Shown: piece by piece, positions 5,012 to 14,324 of the stretch | Position numbering within the stretch: position 1 is the first letter of the stretch | How the letters are laid out: the number at the start of each line of letters is the position of its first letter | Source: an uncultured bacterium | GTDB taxonomy: Bacteria; Hydrogenedentota; Hydrogenedentia; Hydrogenedentales; JAEUWI01 | Assembly: GCA_963977445.1 (NCBI GenBank) | Contig: CAXBPH010000178.1 | Span: 1 to 14,380, forward strand | Length of the DNA: 14,380 bases | Direction of reading: 5' to 3' | Notes under the pieces: model-generated | Told to the model about the DNA's origin: nothing | Seen by the model: only the letters and a program-made list of their open reading frames with translations | The model's database searches: none | Made by a program: the position numbers and the translations under genes

Positions 5012-7543
5012 GTGAACCACAGGTACCAGCCACAGGCAACAGATATATCTACAAAACTTTATTGGACGTTTTTCTTCGGCATCGTGCTGGGAACGGCGTT
5101 GGGATATGGCCTTCGGGGCGCCCGGGAAGAGCGGGTTGCGCCCCCCGTCGATGTGGCGGAAGTCACCTCGGTGGCACCTTCCGAGGCTGTGGAAACGGAT
5201 ACACCGCCGGTCCCGGCTGAACCGGCACACGCGGTTGAGCCCGATCCAACACCCGTGGAGCCCGTTGCCGTCCCTACCGGGCCCTTTAACCCGGATGTAA
5301 AGGGCATGTGGCCCGCCCGCCATGTTATCGCGGGCGTGAAGGGCACGATGGCGTCCGTCGAGACCCTGGAATGGCTCAATACCTACAAGCCCGGTGGCGT
5401 GTTGTTGGGACCGGAAAATATTGAAGATCCCCTGCAGTTGGGCGCGCTCGTCTTGCAGATCAAGAATGCCGTGGGTCTGGGTACGACCATCAGCGATCCC
5501 CCCATTATCTATTACCAGGATGAAACCCAGCCTTTGCCGAAAATTGCGGCCATTCTTGAGATGGCTGATGGCGATACGGCGAGCACGGTGACCGAGCAGG
5601 CCCGTGCGGCCCGTGCCAATGGCATCGGTGTTTTTCTCGCACCGCCCCTCGATATTTATGTGCCGGGCGTTTCCGCCGAGTCTCTTAAGATGACCGCGCT
5701 GGGCAGTCAGCCGGGTGATGTGACCCGTGCGGGCCTCGATTTTGCACGTCAGATTAAGGCCGGCGGCGTCTTGCCGGTGGCCTCTCACTTTCCCGGTGCG
5801 GGCCTGGCGGTCCGTCGTGCCGATGGGCTCTGGCAGATTCCGGGGGAACAGATGGACGGTCTGATAGCGGGGATGCAGCCCTTTCAGGATGCCATTGCTA
5901 CGGGCATTCCCGGCCTGTTGGTGGGGCACATGGCGGTTCCGGGCATCGACCCCGATAATCCCGAGCGCGCTGCGTCTCGTTCACCCAAGTTACTTCAGAT
6001 TCTGCTGCGCGAAAAATTCGGGTATACGGGCGTCGTGTTGTCTGACGACCTCGGTCGGGATCCCCAGCTGGGCGAACTCCCCCTCGAACGTCTCGCCGTG
6101 ACGGCACTGGTCAATGGCTGCGATGCGGTGATTGTGAAAGAGGCCGACGGGGATAAGTTACAGGAAATCTGTGGGGCCCTGGTACGGCTCGCCGAACGCC
6201 GCGATTTTCCCACGGCCCAGTTGGCTGCCAGCCGTAAGCGTCTCGATGACTGGCAAGTCCAGTTGGGGAAGGCACCGGCACCCACGGCGGCACCGGAAGA
6301 AAAAGCACCGGTGACGGTTGTGGCTGAGAACACCGACGAGGCCACCCCCGCGGCAACATCGCCCGATGATGGGAACGTCGAAGCGGCACCTGCCGACATG
6401 GCCATCCCTGCTCCCGATGAGAACGCAGAAACGAAGGTGGACGTTGCGAAGCCCACCGAAGATACCCCTCCCGTTGAGGCCGCCTCCAACCCCGTCGTGG
6501 ATGAGAAAAAGCCCATGCCGGCCGAAGAGAAAAAGAGCGAAGAAATCGTGGTAGCGTCGGATACGCCCATGGTGGAAACGGTCGTTACGTTGCCCAAAGC
6601 AAGCACCGACCCGAAGGCCGCGAAGACAGAAGAAAAAAAGGCCATGCCTGAGGTGGTGGTGATCGAGGCCCCGAAAACAGACGAGAAGGCGGAGGAGAAA
6701 AAAGCGAATCCGGAAAAAGAGCCCGTAGCGGAAGTCAAGGTGGCTGAGGACGCTGGCAACGATGAAGCACCGACCGGTGAATTCCTGGAACACAAGATAG
6801 AAAAAGGGGATTCTCTGAACCTGCTCGCCAAGCGCTATGGTGTTAGTGTCGACGATTTGATGAAGTGGAACAATCTTAACGATCAGACCATAAAGTACGG
6901 CTACAAACTGAAAATTAAGCAGGCCTCGGGCAGCGATACGCCCGACACGGCAGCGAAGGCGACGGAAGAAGAAAAGCCCGTTGCTGTTGCCGATGCCAAG
7001 AAAGAAACGCCTGCATCAACAGAAACGATGGCACCTGTTGAAGAGGCCATCGAACTCGAAGCCATCGACGGGTCCGCTGCATCGGAAGAACCTGCCACCC
7101 CGTCGGCGCTGAAGGGTTCGGAGCCCACGGAGGCCCCGGCCGCTCCAGAGAAGAGTCCAACGCCCCAGCCCAAGAACACCGACAAGCGAAGCCACACGGT
7201 TGCTGCGGGTGATACGGTGGCCTCCATCGCCGATACCTTTGGCGTCAGTTCCGAGGATGTGGTGGCATGGAATGGCTTGAAGGATAGCAAGACCCCGCCG
7301 GAAGCCGGGGGTACCCTCGTGGTCTATCTGCCCATGGCCGCGGCCGATGAGAAGGAAGACGGTGACGATGACGCCTCGTCGGACACGGAAACCTATGAAA
7401 TACACGTTGTGAGCTCGGGCGACAACCTGCGACGTATTGCCCAGAAGTATGGAGTCACCCAAGCGGCCCTGATGGAGCTCAATAAAATTAAAGAGCCCGA
7501 TCACGTGCAATTGGGTTGGAAACTCAAGATACCTAAGAAATAG
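5012..7543 (+). CDS. Membrane-anchored GH3 N-terminal (NagZ-like) domain protein with a long acidic Pro/Ala/Glu linker and three LysM domains (843 aa)
   Basis: GTG start with GGAGG upstream and an N-terminal hydrophobic helix (LYWTFFFGIVLGTALGYGL). GH3 barrel motifs: PGGVLL, FLAPPLD, HFPG, PF..AI, LLREKFGYTGVVLSDDL, GCD. LysM repeats at about 6790-6915 (HKIEKGDSL), 7190-7325 (HTVAAGDTV) and 7400-7535 (HVVSSGDNL). Confidence 0.9.
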   Translation: MNHRYQPQATDISTKLYWTFFFGIVLGTALGYGLRGAREERVAPPVDVAEVTSVAPSEAVETDTPPVPAEPAHAVEPDPTPVEPVAVPTGPFNPDVKGMWPARHVIAGVKGTMASVETLEWLNTYKPGGVLLGPENIEDPLQLGALVLQIKNAVGLGTTISDPPIIYYQDETQPLPKIAAILEMADGDTASTVTEQARAARANGIGVFLAPPLDIYVPGVSAESLKMTALGSQPGDVTRAGLDFARQIKAGGVLPVASHFPGAGLAVRRADGLWQIPGEQMDGLIAGMQPFQDAIATGIPGLLVGHMAVPGIDPDNPERAASRSPKLLQILLREKFGYTGVVLSDDLGRDPQLGELPLERLAVTALVNGCDAVIVKEADGDKLQEICGALVRLAERRDFPTAQLAASRKRLDDWQVQLGKAPAPTAAPEEKAPVTVVAENTDEATPAATSPDDGNVEAAPADMAIPAPDENAETKVDVAKPTEDTPPVEAASNPVVDEKKPMPAEEKKSEEIVVASDTPMVETVVTLPKASTDPKAAKTEEKKAMPEVVVIEAPKTDEKAEEKKANPEKEPVAEVKVAEDAGNDEAPTGEFLEHKIEKGDSLNLLAKRYGVSVDDLMKWNNLNDQTIKYGYKLKIKQASGSDTPDTAAKATEEEKPVAVADAKKETPASTETMAPVEEAIELEAIDGSAASEEPATPSALKGSEPTEAPAAPEKSPTPQPKNTDKRSHTVAAGDTVASIADTFGVSSEDVVAWNGLKDSKTPPEAGGTLVVYLPMAAADEKEDGDDDASSDTETYEIHVVSSGDNLRRIAQKYGVTQAALMELNKIKEPDHVQLGWKLKIPKK

Positions 7544-7736
7544 GCCCGTCTCCAGTCTCCGGGTACAGTTACCGATTGATTTCCGAACCGATTCCAATGC
7601 ACGTCGACACGTTGCAATCGGAAACTGTCCCCACGTGTCCAAGAAATAGTAAGCGTACGTGGAGTGATTTAAAAAGGACGAAGATTCATCCCAAACATTT
7701 GCCAAGTCAGTTGGTTTCCATTTTTAGATTTGGAGC

Positions 7737-7827
7737 TTGGGAGCGCAGGCGGCTCGCCTGCATTACGTCGAAGACGTAAAAGCAACGTGCCTTCGGCCCG
7801 GGGCAGGCGGGCCGCCTGCGCTCCCAA
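7737..7827. repeat. REP/REPIN-like element: two inverted 25-bp arms, each internally palindromic
   Basis: TTGGGAGCGCAGGCGGCTCGCCTGC (7737-7761) and GCAGGCGGGCCGCCTGCGCTCCCAA (7803-7827) are 24/25 complementary. The element sits between convergent genes. Confidence 0.7.
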
Positions 7828-7988
7828 TTGTCAAAGGCTACTTTAATCGATAGTGGCCCCGCCGCAAATACGTTGAGCTTTTGCAGGCACGTGCATACAT
7901 TACCTAAACTAACGAGCTGAATTTGATCGAGGACTATTTTCGCTTATTCAGATGTGCAGGTGTTACGAAGTCGGTCATAACCCCAAAC

Positions 7989-9248
7989 TCAGGGGGCGTC
8001 AATCCGGTAGAGGGTCGATTCGGTCCGAATGAAAATGGCGGAACCCGAAAGGGCCGGTGACGCGAAGGTGCGCTCACCCAGTACATTTTCAGCGAGCTTT
8101 TGAAAGGTTTTTCCCGCCGCGACCACGGTGGTGGTGCCTTCTTCGCTGGTCGCATAGATCCGCCCGTCGGCATACACCAGCGACGCCGAGTATTTTCCAC
8201 CGATATCTTCGCGCCAGTGGACCGACCCCGTCTCCACATCCACGCAGGAAAATTCACCGCGGTCGCTCACGAAATAGAGCTCATCACCGAGCGCAATCAT
8301 GGATGGCGTGTGGGGTGAGCCATCCCCCGAAGTCCACGCAACGTGGGTTTCGGTAACGTCACCTTCACCGCCAGTTCGAATGGCATAGATGCTGCACGGG
8401 CGAATGAAACCGGTCGTCACAAAAATTAATCCATGGGAAAACACCGGCCGGGGAACGATGGAAAATCCTTCGCCATAGTCAACCCGCCAGACTTCCTTGC
8501 CATCGGCAATATCGAAGGCACCAACGAAACCGCTGCCCACACTCACAGCCAGGGCCCGCCCCTTTTCCTCCACCACCAGTGGGGTGCTGAAAGAAAACTT
8601 CTTGGAGGCGTCAGTCCGCCGCACGGTCTTCCACGCGACATCGCCCGTTTCCTGGCTCAGGGCAACAATAAAGGGCGCATTGGTATCATCGCAACTGAAA
8701 ATCAATTTGCCCCCATGGAGCACGGGCGATCCGCCGTTCCCGTGGGGCGTGTCATAGGCCAGGGTCGACTGGCGCCAGATGACTTTTCCTGACGTATCCA
8801 GGCAGGCTGTTCCCATGGGGCCGAAGTGAACATATAGTCGCCCGTCTTCCACAATAGGGGTGGGGCTGGCATACCCATTCTTCGGGTGCTTCTGGGAGCG
8901 ACCGCCGATGTGAAACAATTCTACGTCCCAGAGAATTTCGCCCGTCTCGCTGTTCACCCGAAGGGCGCGCAGGGACTCCAGGTTATCTCCCCCATCGTCG
9001 AGGGCCGTAGTCAGATAGAGAGCGCCTTCATAGAGCACCGGAGAGGACCATCCGGTGCCGGGCATAGGGCGCTTCCAGGTGACATTCTTTGTTTGGTCCC
9101 ATTCGAGTGGAGGCGTGGCACTGTCGGACACCCCTTGTCCCGTAGGTCCACGAAACTCGGGCCAATCATTGGGCGCCGATGCGTCGATGACCGCCGCAAA
9201 AATCACGAGACTAACGAGTGCCAGCATACGTTGAACACGGAGGCCCAT
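7989..9248 (-). CDS. Secreted PQQ-like (BamB-like) beta-propeller repeat protein (419 aa)
   Basis: Signal peptide followed by WPEFRGPTGQG. Repeated SSPV/SPTP/GSPV/STPL motifs and 'G..xW' blade ends (TGEILW, SGKVIW, TGDVAW, DGKEVW, TGSVHW). Confidence 0.9.
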   Translation of the reverse strand: MGLRVQRMLALVSLVIFAAVIDASAPNDWPEFRGPTGQGVSDSATPPLEWDQTKNVTWKRPMPGTGWSSPVLYEGALYLTTALDDGGDNLESLRALRVNSETGEILWDVELFHIGGRSQKHPKNGYASPTPIVEDGRLYVHFGPMGTACLDTSGKVIWRQSTLAYDTPHGNGGSPVLHGGKLIFSCDDTNAPFIVALSQETGDVAWKTVRRTDASKKFSFSTPLVVEEKGRALAVSVGSGFVGAFDIADGKEVWRVDYGEGFSIVPRPVFSHGLIFVTTGFIRPCSIYAIRTGGEGDVTETHVAWTSGDGSPHTPSMIALGDELYFVSDRGEFSCVDVETGSVHWREDIGGKYSASLVYADGRIYATSEEGTTTVVAAGKTFQKLAENVLGERTFASPALSGSAIFIRTESTLYRIDAP

Positions 9249-9381
9249 GGATACACCTTTCCGATGTGAAGTGCCTGAATCCGCCCAAGGCGCATAGATT
9301 CGCTTCAGCCGGAAAATTCAGAATAGCACACCGCGCGATCGAACTCATCTTGGCTTGGGACCGAAGCATGGGGACCAATAA

Positions 9382-9410
9382 TTGATTTTTGACTTAGGGT
9401 GGACTATGTT
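9382..9410 (+). promoter_or_regulatory. Putative sigma70-type promoter of the NlpI-like TPR gene
   Basis: TTGATT (9382-9387), 17-nt spacer, TATGTT (9405-9410). Confidence 0.4.
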
Positions 9411-9478
9411 GGGGCAGTCCGGGGCGGAGACATGAGATTTCCATTACAACCCAGACAACCAGTCATAAAGGCGATTCC

Positions 9479-10225
9479 ATGCGTGTAGGTATTCAAACGT
9501 GTTTTCTCTTGTTGCTCCTGACCACCCTGAGCGTGGCGAACAGCAAGGCAGATGAAGCGCCACCGGGAGTGCCTCGTCCGCAGCTGGAGAAAGACCTTGC
9601 CGACGTCAATGAACGCATCACCGAAGCACCATCGCCCGAACATCATATTCGGGCGAGTCTGCTATTCCGACTCGGAAGATTCAAAGAAGCCATTGCCGAC
9701 TACGACACGGCAGCACGCCTCGGACGGCCCCATGACGAATATTCCTGCTGGGAACGGGGTCTGGCGCAGTATTACGCCGGTGACTTTAAGAATGGCGGAG
9801 AACAGTTCGCTCGTTATCACCGGGTTGGCGCAACGGACATCGAAAACGGGCTGTGGTATTACCTCTGCGTGGCGGAGGAAGAAGGCGTCGAAAAAGCCCG
9901 TACTAAATTCTTTGATTACCCCCAAAAACTACGGAAGCCTTTCCCCGCGCTGCTTGCCCTCTATCGTGGCGAGGGCAGTGCCGAGGCGGTCCTTGCGGAG
10001 GCACGTCTGGATACGGCGTCGCCCGAAGAGCTGAAGACACGACTTTTCTATGCCCATTACTATCTTGGAAAATACTTCGAGATTATGGACGAAACAGAGC
10101 AGGCACGAACCCACATCCGCACTTCACTGGAGTATGAAATCCCTCACTTTATGTATGCCTGCGCCCTTCTCGACGCCGAACGGCTCACACCAGGCACTCC
10201 GAAAGAAAAGAACGACGCGTCGTAG
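9479..10225 (+). CDS. Secreted tetratricopeptide repeat protein, NlpI-like (248 aa)
   Basis: Signal peptide. TPR motifs 'RASLLFRLGRFKEAIADYD', 'WERGLAQYYAG', 'DIENGLWYYLC' and 'FYAHYYLGKY'. Confidence 0.85.
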   Translation: MRVGIQTCFLLLLLTTLSVANSKADEAPPGVPRPQLEKDLADVNERITEAPSPEHHIRASLLFRLGRFKEAIADYDTAARLGRPHDEYSCWERGLAQYYAGDFKNGGEQFARYHRVGATDIENGLWYYLCVAEEEGVEKARTKFFDYPQKLRKPFPALLALYRGEGSAEAVLAEARLDTASPEELKTRLFYAHYYLGKYFEIMDETEQARTHIRTSLEYEIPHFMYACALLDAERLTPGTPKEKNDAS

Positions 10226-10235
10226 CCCTACGTCG

Positions 10236-10934
10236 TCATTCGCTCTGATGAGACTGCAGTGCACGGGTGGCCGGAAGGCAGTCTGGATTGGCCTCCTGGC
10301 ATTGCTTCCAGATCGCCACGGCCACATCTGTCTCGCCGAGCTGCTCATGCCCATAAGCCTGCAAGAGACGGGCCTGCTCCAGACTGGCATCCAGGGTGTG
10401 GGCGCTCTCCAACAGGACGAGGGCCTCCCGAATTTCATTTTCCGATGGCGAGGGACGAAACAACAGCGTCTTCGCTTTGGAAATATGGGCACGGGCGTTC
10501 TGTGGATCCAGCGCAAGGGCTTTTTCGATGGCCCCGTTCATGGCTCCTTTAAACTTGCCCGCACGGTAGTTGGACCGAATCTTTGTACCCAACAAGTCGG
10601 CTCTGATGCGATATTTTTCCGAACTTTCGGGCAGTCCATCCACATCCGCAAGTCCCCCATCGGCGGCGGCATCGATTTCTTCCCCCAGAGCCCGTCGCGT
10701 CTTCGTCTCACGCTCGGGCACGTAGGAAAACTCCATACGCAGCAATTCCGCAACAAGGAGCGTGCCTTTTATCCGCAACTCCAATGCGTCCGCGGCGTCT
10801 GAGACCGCCAATGCAGAAACCAGCGATTGGGCCGCTGCAAGGTCGTAGGTGCGGGTAGCCTCCGCCAATTGCTCGGCGGGTTCTTCGGCGAACGTCTGGG
10901 CCACGGCCACAAGACACAGCAACAGTATCCTCAC
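10236..10934 (-). CDS. Secreted TPR-containing protein (232 aa)
   Basis: The ORF track gives 10236-11024. GTG 10934 overlaps the upstream stop (GTGA) and yields a clean signal peptide, MRILLLCLVAVAQTFA. TPR-like segments: 'AIEKALALDPQNARAH' and 'EQLGETDVAVAIWKQC'. Confidence 0.8.
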   Translation of the reverse strand: MRILLLCLVAVAQTFAEEPAEQLAEATRTYDLAAAQSLVSALAVSDAADALELRIKGTLLVAELLRMEFSYVPERETKTRRALGEEIDAAADGGLADVDGLPESSEKYRIRADLLGTKIRSNYRAGKFKGAMNGAIEKALALDPQNARAHISKAKTLLFRPSPSENEIREALVLLESAHTLDASLEQARLLQAYGHEQLGETDVAVAIWKQCQEANPDCLPATRALQSHQSE

Positions 10935-11640
10935 GGTCCTTTCCCTGGCGCCATGGCACCCGTCAGAAAGGGACGAAGGGCCTGGTAGACCCGCTCTTCT
11001 TCTTTTCGAAAGAAATGGTCGCATCCGTCCAGGTGCACATGGAATTTCGGGCCGGGAACCGCATCATAGGTTTCCCGAAATCCTTCCGGTTCGAATACAA
11101 AATCCTTTTCACCCGTTACAAAACAAACAGGCATACGGCACGACGCCAGCCCTTCGAATTTTACCCGGCTCACCGGTGGACTAATGGCCGCCAGATAATC
11201 CGGGCCAGCATGTTCGGTAAGCAGGGTCGCCATGCAGCTGCCAAAGGAGTAGCCCACATAGACCAGTGCGTGTCCCGGCGCCAGGATCCGCGCAAGATAT
11301 TCCCGGGCGGCAATCGCATCGGGCAACACCGCGCGATAATCCTGCTCCGCCTCAATGCGCCCCCAGTAGTCGAAGGGGGTTGAATCCGTGGGGAGTTCGA
11401 GGGGACTCCCGCCCACACCGGCATAGTTAAAGCGAAGCGTGACGTTCCCCGCCTCGGCGAAGCGACGTGCCAGATGCTCAATAACATTATTGTCCATTCG
11501 CCCGCCCATGTGGGGATGCGGGGAAAGCAATAGCACACCGCCACGGGGGGCGTCCAACTCCGGTACGCCAATACACCCTCAAGATGGCTCGGACCACAGG
11601 GTATAGTCACGGCTTCTTCGATAATGTCGCAATCTGTCAT
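10931..11640 (-). pseudogene. Alpha/beta-fold hydrolase with a 1-nt frameshift near 11545-11563 (real lesion or sequencing error); about 236 aa if repaired
   Basis: The N-terminus MTDCDIIEEAVTIPCGPSHLEGVLAY (ATG 11640) is in one frame. The rest (LLSPHPHMGGRMDN, LRFNYAGVG, GYSFG nucleophile elbow, GEKD, DHFF) is in another. The Ser-Asp-His triad appears intact. Confidence 0.8.
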
Positions 11641-11642
11641 GG

Positions 11643-12686
11643 CTAATAAAGTCCTCCCTGTCGGGTATCCCGATGTTGCTGGAGAGGACGTGGGTTTTTC
11701 AAGCCCCTATCGTGAAAGCCAAGCTCCCCGGCTTCTGTCGATACTACAGAAACGGGATACGCTTCGTCGCCCTCCACGACGTTGGGCAGGAAACAGGCCC
11801 GGTCGAGGCGATGGAAACACACGGTCGTCGGCGTGCCTGGGTCACGTTGCGCCATGCAGAAGGCAATGCGCTTCCCGAAGGGGACGTAGACCGGCGCACC
11901 ATCCACGCAGGGTGTTATCTGAGGACAAACGCCCGCGAGGCTGTTACCGTAGCCGGAAAGGGCCACCGCATTGGGAAACCATGTCGTCGTAAGGTGTGCC
12001 CAGAATTCCGGCGAGGCGGCCATGCCACCAAGATGTATGCCCCCAATCTGATGGCGCTGGGCGTCGGACAATTTTTTGGCCAGGGCTTCCAGCACGGGTG
12101 GTGTGCTGAACAACACGCCAATGTGTTGGGTATCCAGAAGGTGCATGGCCTGTTCCAGCACATGGTCGAGATAACGGGTGCGCCCCAGGGAGTCCGCGAG
12201 AAGTTTACGAACCCAGCGGGGGTCAACGTCAACCGAGAAGGGATCCATGGACTCCAGGGCCTGGGCACAGCCGCGGGCAGCCTTGCCAATAATATGGGGC
12301 CCCGATGGCCCGACAAAAAGCCAGTTTCGGTTGCGGGGAAACTGCATCAGGGTAGCCGCCGCCACGAAGGGGGCCACAAAGGCCTCGTGGAAATCATCGG
12401 CATGATAGGCCGTGCGCTTCGGGGGGCCGGTGGCACCGCCTGTTTCTGCCGTGATGAAGTTGCCCAGCGTGTCGTGAAAACGTTTGGGAATCATATGCTC
12501 AACAGGACACCGTGCCAGGACATCCAATGGAAAGGGAGGAAATTGAAGCAAATCTTCCACTTCGTGAATATCCTTTCGTGGATTAAAGGGTAAACCGGAT
12601 TCCTGTTCGAGCCAATAGGGACTGCCCCAACGGCGATCAAAGTGCGCGGCGATGGTTTCTTCCACCTGTTCCCGAAAACCAATCAC
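11643..12686 (-). CDS. EhpF-like atypical ANL (adenylate-forming) enzyme, related to phenylacetate-CoA ligases (347 aa)
   Basis: The motifs HF....GSPYWL, ETGGATGPPK (P-loop-like), GPSGPHIIG, VDVDPRWV, STPPVL, LGG, GYGN and C-terminal GLY are colinear with the EhpF family as I recall it. The GTG start overlaps the MMPL stop. Confidence 0.8.
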   Translation of the reverse strand: MIGFREQVEETIAAHFDRRWGSPYWLEQESGLPFNPRKDIHEVEDLLQFPPFPLDVLARCPVEHMIPKRFHDTLGNFITAETGGATGPPKRTAYHADDFHEAFVAPFVAAATLMQFPRNRNWLFVGPSGPHIIGKAARGCAQALESMDPFSVDVDPRWVRKLLADSLGRTRYLDHVLEQAMHLLDTQHIGVLFSTPPVLEALAKKLSDAQRHQIGGIHLGGMAASPEFWAHLTTTWFPNAVALSGYGNSLAGVCPQITPCVDGAPVYVPFGKRIAFCMAQRDPGTPTTVCFHRLDRACFLPNVVEGDEAYPVSVVSTEAGELGFHDRGLKNPRPLQQHRDTRQGGLY

Positions 12687-14284
12687 GTCAATTCAACCTT
12701 TCGCTCGCTACTCAATTGGATAAGCGCCGGCAGGAGCCACAAGTCCGCCAGCAGGGCCACGGCCATTGCAGCGGCAGAAAGCAGCCCAAAGTACCGAATA
12801 GGCGCAAAACTCGACAGGGACAAAACAAGAAAGCCCGCGCAGGCCATCCAGGTCGTGGCGGTCATGGCGGGGCCATTTACCCGCACGGCATCACGCAACG
12901 CAATCTCTGGGTCGCCCGATTCTTGCCACCGCTCCCGCCAGGTCAACAGGAGGTGCATGGTATCGTCGACAGCGATTCCGAGGACCATGGCCGCGACCAT
13001 GACGGTGGCGGGATCGAGAGAGATTCCCGTCAACCCCATAATCCCGAATAGCGCCAGGACGGGTGCGAGATTGGGTGCCAGAGACAAGACCAAGAGGCGG
13101 AAGGAACGCAACCCGAGGGCGATACAGCCAAAAATAATGAGCATGGCCAGACCGAGGCTTTTCAGTTGGGTATCGATGAGGGCAAACTGGGCCTGAACCA
13201 ATCGCAAGACCACACCGGTATGATAGCTGCCTGTGACGCGTTCCAGTTGCTCCAGAGAAGCCGTGGAAGCATCAACTATTGCCAGGAGTTCATCCCCTTC
13301 CATCACGCTAACCAGGGTCGAGAGGCGGACCCGGGTGCCGTCGGGTGAAACCAGTGCCTGCAGTGGCGCCCGGTCATCTTCGGGCACTTCCGCAACCAGC
13401 GCTTCTGCCCTCTCCCGATCCTGGGGCAAACGATAGCTTTCTTCCCCCCCACCGGCGGCCCACTGATTGAGTTTTTTCAGGTAGTCCAGCGGACTGATCA
13501 CGCGGGCCACCCCGGCAGCGCGCTGGAGGGCCTGGGTCTGGGATTCGATTGCAGGCCAGGTCGTGGGATTCAGCCAGGAGTCGTTCAACTCCATGACCGT
13601 CTCCAGCGTGTAGAGCCCTGTAAATCTTTCGGCCACTACCGAAGAGTCTTGTACGATGGCCGATGATGGTGCTAGAAAATTCAGGGGGTTGGATTTAATG
13701 TCAACGCGGGTTGTAAAAAAAAGGCAGGCTATCGATAACACCACGGCACCGAAAATCAGAGGCCGGGCATATCGCACCCCAAAAAGAAGACCGCTGCCCC
13801 CATCCCTTTCCCGTTTGCGTGATGGAGCAGGCTGGAAATACTGAAGTAAGACGGGTGCCAGCCCAAAGGTCACGACAAAGGCCACCGGGATGCCCAGGGC
13901 GGCGGCAAGTCCCAATTCCCGCACGGGCACCATGTCTGCCGTGAGCAAGGCGAGAAAGCCAAGACAAGTCGTGGTCGCGGCAAGAAAACAGGGACGGGTG
14001 CCAATGGCCAGGGCCCGGTCAATAGCATCCTCGGGGGATGCGCCACGATGAATTGCCGCGTCGTAGTAACGGATCAGGTGCACCACATAGGCCGTAGACA
14101 AGACCCAGAGCACGGGCGGCAGGGCGACGGTCACCATGTTCATAGTCAGGCCAAGCCAGCCCATAATCCCCAGCGTTATCACCAGAGACAGGGCCGATAC
14201 AGCACCGACGATAAAGACCTTCTTCAGTGAGCGCAGGAGGAACCAGAGGAGCAGAGCCGATACCAGAACCGCCACCGGCAGCAA
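12683..14284 (-). CDS. MMPL/RND-family transporter, C-terminal ~550 aa; 5' end truncated or interrupted near 14327
   Basis: Two TM bundles separated by a periplasmic domain, with GIAVDDTMH and 'SSFAPIRYFG' motifs. The reading frame and MMPL-like sequence (NAALDSAS...RRLLP) extend upstream to about 14326. In-frame stops lie at 14339-14341 and 14372-14374. Confidence 0.85.
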   Translation of the reverse strand: MLPVAVLVSALLLWFLLRSLKKVFIVGAVSALSLVITLGIMGWLGLTMNMVTVALPPVLWVLSTAYVVHLIRYYDAAIHRGASPEDAIDRALAIGTRPCFLAATTTCLGFLALLTADMVPVRELGLAAALGIPVAFVVTFGLAPVLLQYFQPAPSRKRERDGGSGLLFGVRYARPLIFGAVVLSIACLFFTTRVDIKSNPLNFLAPSSAIVQDSSVVAERFTGLYTLETVMELNDSWLNPTTWPAIESQTQALQRAAGVARVISPLDYLKKLNQWAAGGGEESYRLPQDRERAEALVAEVPEDDRAPLQALVSPDGTRVRLSTLVSVMEGDELLAIVDASTASLEQLERVTGSYHTGVVLRLVQAQFALIDTQLKSLGLAMLIIFGCIALGLRSFRLLVLSLAPNLAPVLALFGIMGLTGISLDPATVMVAAMVLGIAVDDTMHLLLTWRERWQESGDPEIALRDAVRVNGPAMTATTWMACAGFLVLSLSSFAPIRYFGLLSAAAMAVALLADLWLLPALIQLSSERKVELT

Positions 14285-14324
14285 TCGACGGCTTTCCGCC
14301 TCGGAGGCGCTGTCCAGAGCCGCA

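Noticed and set aside
4784..7705. Long antisense ORFs (4784-5929, 5995-6831, 6158-6793, 7016-7705)
   Set aside because: These are shadow frames of the GC-rich GH3-LysM gene with no independent protein features.
7989..9248. Assigning the gene symbol bamB
   Set aside because: There is no lipobox cysteine or bamB-type gene context. It looks like a member of the expanded PQQ-like propeller family.
10050..13196. Plus-strand ORFs 10050-10802, 11673-12593 and 12642-13196
   Set aside because: These are antisense shadows of the well-supported minus-strand operon genes.
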